Source: Candidatus Thermofontivivens primus
Lineage (GTDB): Bacteria > Sysuimicrobiota > Sysuimicrobiia > Sysuimicrobiales > Thermofontiviventaceae
NCBI GenBank assembly: GCA_031458695.1
Contig: JAVKJW010000005.1
Coordinates: forward strand, 51,311-115,310
Length of the DNA stretch: 64,000 nucleotides
Direction: 5' to 3'
Shown here one piece after another: positions 46,651 to 55,662 of this stretch (the stretch's first letter is position 1; every line of letters begins with the position of its first letter). The translations under genes were made by a program, and so were the position numbers. The notes beneath the pieces were generated by a model. That model worked only from the letters and a program-made list of their open reading frames with translations. It was not told the DNA's origin and made no database searches.

Positions 46651-48120
46651 CTAATTTTGTAGAAGTTTATGCCTAAAAATTTCTCCATTCTTATCGGCTT
46701 GACGAGGAAGTTGGATATTCACGTTCGGCCACAGTTCTTGGACCACCTTCTGCGCAGCCAGTTGCCCCTGGTGGATGCAATCTGGTATCCCCACCCCGCG
46801 GTAGGCTGCGCCCGCAATGTGGAGTCCTGGGAAATGGGTGAGCTCCTCTTCAACGCGTGCAACCCGGGAAAGGTGCCCAGGGGTGTACTGGGGCATCGCC
46901 CGGTGCCATCGTGTGATCCAGGAGAAAAGTGGACGGCCCTTGATGGAGAGGAGAGGAGCGAGAGTTTCCTCGACGATGGCGACTATCCGCTCATCGTCCT
47001 GGTTCAGTGCTTCCTCCCTTCCGAATTCTCCCACATAAGCCCTTAGGAGCACGGCCCCGCTTGGTACCCTCCCTGGCCACTTGGAAGAGACCCATGTACA
47101 CGCGGTTACAGCCCCCCTCTCCTCTCGCGAAACGAGAAAGCCGCTACCGGATAGAGGGTGCTGGATCTCTTCCCGTCTGTAGGCAAGGGATATAGTAGCT
47201 GTAGAGGCATAGGGAATCGTCCAGAGGATCTCTGCCACATGAGGGGCTAACGAGGAGAGGAGTTCTGCGGCAGCAAAGGCAGGGATGGTAAGAAGGACGG
47301 CATCTGCATCGAGGGCGGTTCCATCGGTCAGCTCAACCGTATACCCCAAGGATCTCCTCTTTAGAGAGCGCGCGGCAACACCTATCTGGATGTCCACATC
47401 GTGAAGTGACGCCCTGAGGCGATCCACAAGATCCTGTAACCCCCCTGCAAGGGTGAGGAAGGAAGGGGATGACCTCGTTCCCTTTCTCCTCGCTTGCATG
47501 CGCAGGGCACCAAGGAGCAACCCTGGTCCAGAGCGCATCAACTCCACGAGGTAAGGGGCTGCGGCTAGCACACTCAACTCCTCAGGGTTCCCGGCGTAGA
47601 TCCCTGCAATCAAAGGTCCGGCGAGGCGATCCAGGGCGGCCTGCCCTAGCCGCCTGCGAATGAGGGCTCCCACACTCGTGTCCTGTTCATCGAGGCGAAG
47701 AGGAATGAAGGGCTCAAAGAGCATTCGGGCTTTCTCCAATAGGGAGAACAGAGAGCTCTGAGCAAGGGATCTGAGGTCTCCGACGATCCCCATGAGGAAC
47801 TCCTCAGGGAGAGGGTGGAGGCGGCCTCGATGGAGGATGTAGACAGGTTGTTTTTCCTGAGCGATGAGTTGGTCCCCAAGCCCCAGGCGGTGGCAGAGGT
47901 CGGTTGCCCAAGGCTTTATGGCCAGGAAGGAATCCGGCCCAGCTTCCACCAGGAACCCGTCCTGGCGAATGGTGAGGATCTTACCCCCTAAGCGTGCCTC
48001 CTTTTCGATGAGGGTGCACCGCACGGGGAGGTGATGTTGGCGAGCAAGGGACTGCACCTCCAGTGCTGCGGAGAGCCCTGTGATGCCACCTCCGACGATA
48101 ACAACGTGTCGCATAGCCAT
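46651..48120 (-). CDS. hemY: Coproporphyrinogen/protoporphyrinogen oxidase (HemY type)
   Basis: [42 protein letters not shown]. Confidence 0.93.
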   Translation of the reverse strand: MAMRHVVIVGGGITGLSAALEVQSLARQHHLPVRCTLIEKEARLGGKILTIRQDGFLVEAGPDSFLAIKPWATDLCHRLGLGDQLIAQEKQPVYILHRGRLHPLPEEFLMGIVGDLRSLAQSSLFSLLEKARMLFEPFIPLRLDEQDTSVGALIRRRLGQAALDRLAGPLIAGIYAGNPEELSVLAAAPYLVELMRSGPGLLLGALRMQARRKGTRSSPSFLTLAGGLQDLVDRLRASLHDVDIQIGVAARSLKRRSLGYTVELTDGTALDADAVLLTIPAFAAAELLSSLAPHVAEILWTIPYASTATISLAYRREEIQHPLSGSGFLVSREERGAVTACTWVSSKWPGRVPSGAVLLRAYVGEFGREEALNQDDERIVAIVEETLAPLLSIKGRPLFSWITRWHRAMPQYTPGHLSRVARVEEELTHFPGLHIAGAAYRGVGIPDCIHQGQLAAQKVVQELWPNVNIQLPRQADKNGEIFRHKLLQN

Positions 48121-48147
48121 AGAAGAGGATTCCCTGGGACGATCTCC

Positions 48148-49056
48148 TCACCCTTCTTGGAGGGCTCCCAGGACAATGTCCGCCAGCGCTGCAATGAAAG
48201 CGGGACGGTCGTTCAGGGAGGGTGCCCTCCGGAATCGCATCCCTAGCTCCTCTGCCACTCCCCTCGCCTCGATATCCAAGTCATAGAGGACCTCCAGATG
48301 GTCAGCGACAAACCCCACAGGGCAAACGAGGACAGAGGTGGCGCCCTCCCTCCTGAGCTCCTTCAATACCTCCCCCACCTCCGGCCCAAGCCATGCCTCT
48401 TGTGTCCTCCCTGCGCTCTGGTAGGCAAGGGTCCAGCGCAATCCCCCACATTCCTTGCTCACAAGCTCGCAGGTGCGCAGGAGCTCCTTTGGATAGGGAT
48501 CCCCCTCCTGGAGGACTCTTTGAGGGAGGCTGTGGGCCGTGAACACCACAGTGACCTCCCGCTCCGGGAAGGAGACCAGGGCCTCTTGGACTGTCTCAGC
48601 AACGGCGGCGATGTATCCCGGATGATCGTGCCAGGAACGGATGTAGTGGAAGCTCAGGTCCCAAGGGGAATCTCGCCTGGCCTCCTCGGCAAGGCGGATA
48701 TACTCTCCCACGCTCATAGCAGAGTAGTGGGGAGCCATGGAGAGAGCGACCGCCTTGCGGATCCCGTCCTTGGCCATGGAGGAGACGGCTTCGGAGATGA
48801 AAGGAGGGCTGTGACGCATCCCTACATAGACACGTGCCTCCACACCCGAGCTACGGAGGTTTGCTTCCAATGCGGCTGCCTGCCGGTACGTGATCTCTAG
48901 CAGGGGGGACTTCCCCCCAATGGCCTGATACCGTGCGACGAGCTCTTTGAGGAGCTCGGGACTAGGCTTGCGCCCTCCGCGGATATGGGTGTAATAGGGC
49001 TCCACTTCTTCCAAGGAGCCCGGGCTGCCATAGGCCATGAGGAGCACGCCGATCAT
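48148..49056 (-). CDS. hemH: Ferrochelatase (coproporphyrin-type likely)
   Basis: LLMAYGSP, IGGKSPL, FTAHSLP, QSAG....WLGP, GFVADHLEVLYDLD. Confidence 0.95.
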   Translation of the reverse strand: MIGVLLMAYGSPGSLEEVEPYYTHIRGGRKPSPELLKELVARYQAIGGKSPLLEITYRQAAALEANLRSSGVEARVYVGMRHSPPFISEAVSSMAKDGIRKAVALSMAPHYSAMSVGEYIRLAEEARRDSPWDLSFHYIRSWHDHPGYIAAVAETVQEALVSFPEREVTVVFTAHSLPQRVLQEGDPYPKELLRTCELVSKECGGLRWTLAYQSAGRTQEAWLGPEVGEVLKELRREGATSVLVCPVGFVADHLEVLYDLDIEARGVAEELGMRFRRAPSLNDRPAFIAALADIVLGALQEG

Positions 49057-50087
49057 GGATTGCCTCCTTCCGGAGAGGATGTGTGCACCAACTCTACAAG
49101 CCTGCGGAGGTGGTCGACGGGCGTTTCTGGGAGGACGCCGTGGCCGAGGTTAAAGATATGTCCAGGGCGGCCTCCGGCCCTCCTGAGGATGTCGCGCGCG
49201 TTCCGCTCTACCTCCTCGAACGGACCCAAGAGCACCGCAGGATCAAGATTCCCCTGAATGGCATGGTGGTCCCCGATCCTCTCCCAGGCATCATCGAGAG
49301 CGATGCGCCAGTCCACTCCAATCACGTCAACTTCCATGGTTGCAAGGAGTGGCAAGAGCCCCGCCGTCCCTGTTCCGAAGTAGATGACGGGCGCGCCAGT
49401 CTCTTTGCAGTGAGCCAGGATGCGGGTGAGGTAGGGCAACACTTTGGTGGCATAATCGAGAGGGCTCAGTGTCCCCACCCAGGAGTCAAATAACTGGACG
49501 AGGTGCGCACCTGCCGCCAGTTGGGCGCGAAGGTAGAGGGTTACGGCGTCGCCCAGGAGCTCCATCAGGCGTTCCCAGGCCGCAGGAGCCTTGTACATCA
49601 TCGCCTTCGTCCTGGTATACTCCCGCGTCCTTCCCCCTTCCACGAGGTAACACGCAAGAGTGAAAGGTGCTCCTGCGAACCCGATGACGGGGACAGGGCA
49701 AGACCTTGCCAAGAGGCGGATCTCCTCCAGGACAGCCTCCACCATCCCATCGGGCTCGAAGGGCTTGAGGGTCTGCAGATCTGCTTCAGTCCGGATGGGT
49801 CTCTGCACCACAGGTCCGATCCCTTCTTGCAACTCGTAGCGCACTCCAAGACCCCCAAAGGGGGTCGCAAGATCTGCGAACACAATCGCCCCATCTACTC
49901 CCAGGCGGTCCACCGGAAGAAGGGCAACCTGCGCTGCCAGCTCGGGTTGGGCGCACAGCTCGGTGAAAGAGTACCTCTTGCGCAGCGCCCGGTACTCCGG
50001 GAGATATCGCCCGGCTTGCCGCATGAACCACACCGGGGTATAGTCCACAGGCTCGCGTCTGCAAGCCCGAAGCAGACGGTCATTCAT
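49053..50087 (-). CDS. hemE: Uroporphyrinogen decarboxylase
   Basis: PVWFMRQAGRYLPEY, GFAGAPFTLA.Y, QLFDSW, QGNLDP, IFNLGHG. Confidence 0.97.
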   Translation of the reverse strand: MNDRLLRACRREPVDYTPVWFMRQAGRYLPEYRALRKRYSFTELCAQPELAAQVALLPVDRLGVDGAIVFADLATPFGGLGVRYELQEGIGPVVQRPIRTEADLQTLKPFEPDGMVEAVLEEIRLLARSCPVPVIGFAGAPFTLACYLVEGGRTREYTRTKAMMYKAPAAWERLMELLGDAVTLYLRAQLAAGAHLVQLFDSWVGTLSPLDYATKVLPYLTRILAHCKETGAPVIYFGTGTAGLLPLLATMEVDVIGVDWRIALDDAWERIGDHHAIQGNLDPAVLLGPFEEVERNARDILRRAGGRPGHIFNLGHGVLPETPVDHLRRLVELVHTSSPEGGNP

Positions 50088-50208
50088 CGCACTGCCCCCA
50101 TCACCTTCCTACTATAGCATAATCTGGGCAGAAGCCTCCCACGACTATTTCTTGGCACACCGGGGTATTCTATATATAGTAACCAAGAACCGTATGGGGG
50201 TGGTGGAT

Positions 50209-50871
50209 ATGTTACGTAGGTTCTTGATCTTCATCGTCTTTTTCATCCCTGTGATTGCCCTAGCGCTTGGCACCGCTGGCACCTCCGCGCAGACACCCAC
50301 AGGAAGTTCCCAACCTCAGAAGGTGGTTGAGAGGACGGTGACGACCGATGCCCAAGGGAATACCATCGTGACTGAGCGAACGTTCGTCGGCGGGAAGCTG
50401 GTCAAGGAGGAGATCACGGTAAGGTCTCCGCAAGGCGTCCTCATCGCCAAGCTGGAGATCTCCTACGATCCGACAAGCGGGCAGGTCGTCAAGCGGGAGG
50501 CTACAGTCCAGACCAACGCCATCCCGGCATCCATCCAAGAGACCCTCGGCTCCCTTGGCATCTCCTTCCCCCAGGGAACTCCTGTAAAAGTTGAGCAGAA
50601 ACTCCAGAACGGCCAGACCATCGAACTGGAGGTCACATTCATTCAGAACGGAGTAAAAGTGGAGCAGGAGTTCAAGCTCATTAACGGCAAGTTGACGCTG
50701 GTGGGAGAAGAGCGGGAAGCATTGCATGAGGAAGATGACGACGATCACAGCGCAGGAAGCGTAAACCAGGGGTCAGGGAGCAACCGGGGAAGCCGGGAGG
50801 ACGCAAAAGGAAAAGATAGGCACGAGCAAGAGAAAAGGGAAGACAACGATCACGAGGAAGAGGACGATTAG
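50209..50871 (+). CDS. Secreted hypothetical protein with acidic His-containing tail
   Basis: Signal peptide MLRRFLIFIV...SAQ; beta-rich core; tail HEEDDDDH...DNDHEEEDD. Confidence 0.75.
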   Translation: MLRRFLIFIVFFIPVIALALGTAGTSAQTPTGSSQPQKVVERTVTTDAQGNTIVTERTFVGGKLVKEEITVRSPQGVLIAKLEISYDPTSGQVVKREATVQTNAIPASIQETLGSLGISFPQGTPVKVEQKLQNGQTIELEVTFIQNGVKVEQEFKLINGKLTLVGEEREALHEEDDDDHSAGSVNQGSGSNRGSREDAKGKDRHEQEKREDNDHEEEDD

Positions 50872-51005
50872 CAAGCTTTTGGCAACTGAGATCGTGGGGC
50901 AGGTTTGGCCCTTGGGGTTCATGCGCGAAGGGTCCAAACCTGCCCTTCTCGCTTGTGCCACTTTCTCTTGTTTTTCCTTTTCCATGTATAATATACTCAG
51001 TGACG

Positions 51006-51569
51006 ATGGTGATCCGTGTCCCTCCCGGGCAGCGCGTAACCGAGAAGTGGCCGGTGCTTCATTACGGCTCCATCCCTCCCTTTGATCCGCAGCGATGGGA
51101 CTTTCGCATCTTTGGTGAAGTGGAGGAACCCCTCCGCCTCTCTTACGAAGAGTTCATGGCTCTGCCGAAGAAGGTGATCACCTGCGACATCCACTGCGTG
51201 ACACGCTGGTCCAGGCTTGGGGTAACGTTTGAAGGGGTAGCCGCGAGAACGGTCCTCGGGCTAGTCAAGATCAAGCCCTCTGCGCAGTATGTGATGGTCC
51301 ACGCGGAACAGGGATACGAAACCAACCTCCCCCTCTCCTACTTGCTGGAGGATGACGCTCTGTTCGCCTATCGCGCCGATGGGAAGGATCTCACCCCGGA
51401 GCACGGGTGGCCGCTCCGGCTCGTGGTCCCGAAGCTGTACTTCTGGAAGAGCGCAAAGTGGGTGCGCGGCCTAGAGCTAATGGCCCACGACAGGCCAGGG
51501 TTCTGGGAACGGAACGGCTACCACATCCGGGGCGACCCCTGGCAGGAGGAACGCTACAGCGAGCCCTGA
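51006..51569 (+). CDS. Sulfite-oxidase-like molybdopterin oxidoreductase (YuiH-like)
   Basis: PPGQ, DIHCVTRWS, EHGWPLRLVVP.LYFWKSAKW, GFWERNGYH. Confidence 0.9.
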   Translation: MVIRVPPGQRVTEKWPVLHYGSIPPFDPQRWDFRIFGEVEEPLRLSYEEFMALPKKVITCDIHCVTRWSRLGVTFEGVAARTVLGLVKIKPSAQYVMVHAEQGYETNLPLSYLLEDDALFAYRADGKDLTPEHGWPLRLVVPKLYFWKSAKWVRGLELMAHDRPGFWERNGYHIRGDPWQEERYSEP

Positions 51570-51630
51570 CCGTACGGGAGATCGAGGTAGCCCATCCTAT
51601 CTCCCGCCAGGTCCCGCAAGGAGGCCCTTC

Positions 51631-53208
51631 ATGCAACGATTCCAACGAGATCTCCCTCTTGCCCGAGGGTTCTCCGCAGGCCTTCTAGCGGGGGCCGTGA
51701 CAACTCTAGCCATCGCCCAGGGGGTTTTCACTGGGGCTCCCGTGGTAGCCCTCGCCCTCTGGGAGCGCGTTCTGGGCCTCATCCCCATGCGTCTTTTCTC
51801 TTTCCTCATTGTACACCTGAAGTTTGCTGCCAAACCCCTGGCCTTTTGGGGGATGCTCGCCGGGCTTGTCCTCCTCTTTGCAGTGGGCGGGGCGCTGAGC
51901 GCAAAGCCGTTCTCCCGAAGGCCTTGGATCACCGGAGCCCTCCTCTGGCTCCTTTCCTCGGGGTTCCTCGCCTTCCTCACCTTCCCCTCCGCCGCGGTCT
52001 ACCTCGCCGGCCAGTTGAGCGCAAAGGGGATTGTGCGTGATCCGCGTCTCCTCCAGCTCTCTGTGCTCGCCGCAACCCTCGGGTATGGTTGTTTCTACGC
52101 GGTCACCTTTGCCATCGTCCTCTGGGCGATACAGAATTTCGCACACAAGGCTGGATCCCAAAAACACCACACCCCGGATCTCCCATCCGAAGCCCAGGAC
52201 CCGCCCCTTGGTGAGATCACGCGTAGGACCCTCCTCCTGGCTTTTCTCGCCCTCACAGGTTCCCTTTTCCTGGGGCTGCGACGCGCATGGGCAGCTGCGT
52301 CGGACCTATTCAGCCGTATCAAGGGGTTGCCACCGGAGGTCACACCGAACGACAAGTTCTATGTCGTGAGCAAGAACCCGCCTGGGTTTGACCCAGCCGT
52401 GGACTCCCGCACCTGGGCCCTGGAGATCACCGGCCTTGTGGGTAAGCCAATCCGGCTCAGGTACGAGGAGATCAGGGCAATGCCCGCTGTCGAACAGTAC
52501 CAGACGCTAGAATGTATCAGCAATGAGGTTGGCGGGGATCTCATCAGCAACGCGAAGTGGCGCGGGGTTCGCCTACGGGATGTGCTGGAGCGAGCTGGAG
52601 GCCCCCTCCCCAAAGCCGTGAAGGTGGCCTTTCACTGCGCCGATGGCTACGCCACCGCCATCCCCCTTGTCGATGCCGTGAACCCAACTACCCTGCTCGC
52701 GTACGAAATGAACGGGGAGCCGCTCCCCAGAGAGCACGGTTTCCCCATAAGGCTCCTGGTCCCTGGCCTCTATGGCATGAAGAATCCCAAGTGGATCACA
52801 AGGATCGAGGTTGTGGACTATGATTTTCAGGGGTTCTGGGAGAAGCAGGGGTGGAGCGATGAAGCCGTGGTGAAGACGATGTCGAAGTTCACCACGCTGG
52901 ACCGCCGCATCCTTCCTATGGGAGAACTTCCCCTTGGGGGTGTCGCCTACAGTGGCGATCGGGGCATCCGTGAGGTAGAGTACAGCATCGATGGCGGGTT
53001 GTCCTGGCAAAAAGCGGAGATCAAGCAGCCGCTTGGGAAGTTCACCTGGGTCCTGTGGGGGGCCTTCTGGAAGCCTCCCAAACCCGGGGAATACATCTTG
53101 AAAGTACGCGCAAAGGATGGTTCAGGGGTTCTGCAGATTGAACGGGAGAGGCCTCCTCTTCCGGAAGGCGCCACGGGCTATCACACCGTGCGCATCCGGA
53201 TTCGGTGA
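51631..53208 (+). CDS. Membrane-anchored sulfite-oxidase-family molybdoenzyme
   Basis: N-terminal TM helices, internal TRRTLL, TLECISN, EHGFPIRLLVPGLYGMKNPKW, GATGYH. Confidence 0.88.
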   Translation: MQRFQRDLPLARGFSAGLLAGAVTTLAIAQGVFTGAPVVALALWERVLGLIPMRLFSFLIVHLKFAAKPLAFWGMLAGLVLLFAVGGALSAKPFSRRPWITGALLWLLSSGFLAFLTFPSAAVYLAGQLSAKGIVRDPRLLQLSVLAATLGYGCFYAVTFAIVLWAIQNFAHKAGSQKHHTPDLPSEAQDPPLGEITRRTLLLAFLALTGSLFLGLRRAWAAASDLFSRIKGLPPEVTPNDKFYVVSKNPPGFDPAVDSRTWALEITGLVGKPIRLRYEEIRAMPAVEQYQTLECISNEVGGDLISNAKWRGVRLRDVLERAGGPLPKAVKVAFHCADGYATAIPLVDAVNPTTLLAYEMNGEPLPREHGFPIRLLVPGLYGMKNPKWITRIEVVDYDFQGFWEKQGWSDEAVVKTMSKFTTLDRRILPMGELPLGGVAYSGDRGIREVEYSIDGGLSWQKAEIKQPLGKFTWVLWGAFWKPPKPGEYILKVRAKDGSGVLQIERERPPLPEGATGYHTVRIRIR

Positions 53209-53359
53209 TGTGCTCTATGGTTTGAGCAAAAGCTGCCCGCCTTCCATCATCCTTTGAAGAGCTCCAAAACTTGTTTCTTGTCGAGCGCTCCTCATCAGCA
53301 TGGTCGCGAAGGGGATCGTCCAAAACCCTATGAAAGCTGGAAAATTGCCCTTTGAGAAA

Positions 53360-53388
53360 GGAGGAATTCTGCCGATCATAGCGAATAG
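53360..53388 (+). promoter_or_regulatory. SigH-like promoter
   Basis: GGAGGAATT-11 nt-AGCGAATAG versus Bacillus sigma-H consensus RNAGGAWWW-N11/12-RNNGAATWW; ends about 13 nt before the riboswitch. Confidence 0.55.
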
Positions 53389-53400
53389 ATGGATAAAACC

Positions 53401-53484
53401 ACTCCGAAAAAGGGCAAACCTACCGCGAGGTGGGGGCGCAAAGCCACGGGACCCATGGAAGAGGGTCGGCCGGGTTGCCGGAGT
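53401..53484 (+). ncRNA. c-di-GMP-I (GEMM-I) riboswitch aptamer
   Basis: AGGGCAAACC-[TACC GCGA GGTG]-GGGGCGCAAAGCCACGGGACCC...GGGTCGGCCGGGTTGCCG, with ACTCCG/CGGAGT closing pairing. Confidence 0.92.
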
Positions 53485-53501
53485 TAAGGAAGTGCGCCAA
53501 T

Positions 53502-53533
53502 GCCTGCTCCTCGCGGGGCGGGCTTTGCTTTTT
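53502..53533 (+). terminator. Intrinsic terminator of the riboswitch expression platform
   Basis: GCCTGCTCC-TCGC-GGGGCGGGC followed by TTTGCTTTTT. Confidence 0.75.
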
Positions 53534-53555
53534 CGGAGAGAAAGGGGGAATGCGC

Positions 53556-53651
53556 ATGCGGTGGAAGGCGAAGGTATTTCACTTGGTGGTCTCGCTGCTC
53601 GCGCTTGCTTCCCTCCTGATCGCAAGCGGCGCAGGAGGCAAGTGGTCGTAG
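53556..53651 (+). CDS. 31-aa hydrophobic peptide, putative signal precursor (MRWKAKVFHLVVSLLALASLLIASGAGGKWS)
   Basis: RBS AAAGGGGG 7 nt before ATG; first ORF after the riboswitch; basic n-region, hydrophobic helix, short polar tail. Confidence 0.8.
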   Translation: MRWKAKVFHLVVSLLALASLLIASGAGGKWS

Positions 53652-53666
53652 AACGCGGAGGGGCCG

Positions 53667-53711
53667 GGAGGAAAGGGGACAAGAGGGTGATTCCCTCTCC
53701 CCCTTTCCTCC
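53667..53711 (+). other. Strong intergenic hairpin after the peptide ORF
   Basis: GGAGGAAAGGGG/CCCCTTTCCTCC (12 bp) plus GAGGG/CCCTC; only a weak U-tract. Confidence 0.75.
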
Positions 53712-53743
53712 GTTTGCATGCCGTGTAAAAGAAGAGAGAATCC

Positions 53744-54277
53744 ATGCTGCTCCTCGCCCCATTGGTTCTCTCCCTGCTCCTTGGGTTCCTCCGGGGAGGC
53801 AGGATCGAGGCACTTGGGGAGTATCGCTGGCGTTCTGCCCTCCTCCCCATCCTTGCCCTTAGCCTGCAGATCGTCGCCTTCCTTCCTGACGAGAACGCTT
53901 CTCCCCTCGCCCGGGCTTTCACAGCGACCCTCCATGTTCTCTCCTACTTTTTCCTCCTGGCATTCGTCTGGATGAACAGGACAACACCCTGGCTCTGGCT
54001 CGTGGGGCTAGGCTTGGCCTCCAATGCGGTGGTCATCCTTCTGAATGGAGGATTCATGCCTGTGCCGGGAGGCCCTGAGGGGTTTTACTTGAACAATACA
54101 GTGCGGGTCAACGGGCAAGCGCGGCTGCTCTTTCTCGGCGACATCCTCCACCTGCCGGCTTGGTGGCCTTTGGCGCGCGCGTTCAGCGTAGGAGACCTTC
54201 TGATCGCCCTGGGGATCTTCGCCCTTGTACAGCGTTTGATGGCCGCACCGTCGGTGCCCAAGGAAAAAGGGCCATGA
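53744..54277 (+). CDS. DUF5317-like polytopic membrane protein
   Basis: GFLRGGRI, GLGLASNAVVILLNGGFMPV, LLFLGDI, FSVGDLLI; family recognised from recalled motifs. Confidence 0.8.
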   Translation: MLLLAPLVLSLLLGFLRGGRIEALGEYRWRSALLPILALSLQIVAFLPDENASPLARAFTATLHVLSYFFLLAFVWMNRTTPWLWLVGLGLASNAVVILLNGGFMPVPGGPEGFYLNNTVRVNGQARLLFLGDILHLPAWWPLARAFSVGDLLIALGIFALVQRLMAAPSVPKEKGP

Positions 54278-55662
54278 AGCGCTCGCTCCTGGTCACCATT
54301 GTACTTACCTGGATCCTGGGCTTGGGGACCCTGGGGTATGCAGCATATGTCTTCCTGCGATCCAGGCCGTTTGAAACACAGGCCGAAGCCCTCTTTTTCT
54401 CGGTGCTTCTGGTGCTTGCCATCATCGCCGAGATGAAGCCTGTCCCGTACACTCTCGGGCGTGCCGGGAAGGAGGAGAGCCTGACTATCGCCATTGTCCT
54501 GCTCGTCCTGTTCTCATTCGGCTGGTCGCTAGCAGTGTTCGTTGCAGGGATCAGCGTGCTGACTGCGGATATTATCGCGAACAGGGTCTACTACAAGGCG
54601 CTCTTCAACTTTTCCATGTATATCCTGGCTGCTGCCGCCGCAGGGGTGAGCTATGATGCTCTCCACTATCTCTCGCCCACCGCGCTCCCCCCCTCGATCC
54701 TCATGGAGATCCTGGCGCGGTTCGCCGCAGGATGGACTTACTATCTGGTCAACCTGTCCCTGCTCATGGCCGTCCTCTCGAAGGTACAGAGCGTACCGGT
54801 CTTGCGCATGATCATCTGGGGCTTCCGCGATTCGGTCATGGTGAACCTCGCGCTCGTGAGCCTGGCGGTGGGGATGTCGCTGCTCTGGCAGCTCCACCCT
54901 CTTGCTGCCGTCGTGCTCATCCCTCCCCTGTTCATGGCCAAGATGGGTTACGAGGCGTACACCCGGTTGCGGACCGAGGCGGAGGATATGCTCGCAACCC
55001 TCGCCGACCTCCTCGACCAGCGGGATGACGTAACCGGTCAGCACTCCCGGAGGGTCGCCGAGATGTGCTACGACGTCGCCCGCCTCCTTGGGCTTCCCGA
55101 GGACGAAGCCCTTGCCATCCGCGCAATTGCCCGGGTACACGATATTGGAAAGATCGCGGTGCGGGACGATATCCTCTTGAAGCCCGGCCCCCTCACCCCT
55201 GGGGAGCTCAAGATGATGCAGGCGCATGTGGAGGTCGGGGCACGGATCCTCAGCCACCTCACCGTCTACACGCCACACCTTTCCATCCTCCTGCAGCACC
55301 ACGAGCGGCTGGACGGCAGGGGGTATCCCCATGGGGTCAGCGGGGAGGAGATCCACATTGGAGCGCGTATCCTAGCAGCCTGTGATGCCTTCGATACCAT
55401 GACCTCCGACCGGCCCTACCGGCGCCGGATTCCTGAGCAGGACGCGCTTGCCGAGCTCTACGACCATGTAGGAACCCAGTTCGATCCAAAGGTTGTAGAG
55501 GCTCTGGAAACCTGGCTCATCCATAAGCGCAGGATCCGGCCTGACTGGCGCGTGCAGCGGTCCCTTTCCACCTCTTCCCTGCACATCACGGGTAGGGCCG
55601 CAGTGCCCTCAAAAGTGGAGCCCTACCGGCCTGGGGATGAACCGGCCGTCCGGCTTCCCTAG
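54274..55662 (+). CDS. Membrane-sensor HD-GYP phosphodiesterase
   Basis: About 230-aa multi-TM N-terminus; HSRRVA, HDIGK, HHERLDGRGYP, DAFDTMTSDRPYR; ATGA overlap with the upstream gene. Confidence 0.93.
   Translation: MKRSLLVTIVLTWILGLGTLGYAAYVFLRSRPFETQAEALFFSVLLVLAIIAEMKPVPYTLGRAGKEESLTIAIVLLVLFSFGWSLAVFVAGISVLTADIIANRVYYKALFNFSMYILAAAAAGVSYDALHYLSPTALPPSILMEILARFAAGWTYYLVNLSLLMAVLSKVQSVPVLRMIIWGFRDSVMVNLALVSLAVGMSLLWQLHPLAAVVLIPPLFMAKMGYEAYTRLRTEAEDMLATLADLLDQRDDVTGQHSRRVAEMCYDVARLLGLPEDEALAIRAIARVHDIGKIAVRDDILLKPGPLTPGELKMMQAHVEVGARILSHLTVYTPHLSILLQHHERLDGRGYPHGVSGEEIHIGARILAACDAFDTMTSDRPYRRRIPEQDALAELYDHVGTQFDPKVVEALETWLIHKRRIRPDWRVQRSLSTSSLHITGRAAVPSKVEPYRPGDEPAVRLP

Noticed and set aside
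53430..53555. Longer 73-aa version of the peptide ORF, and ORFs 53300..53728 and 53215..53922
   Set aside because: They run through the riboswitch and terminator; the clear RBS points to ATG 53556 (or 53550).
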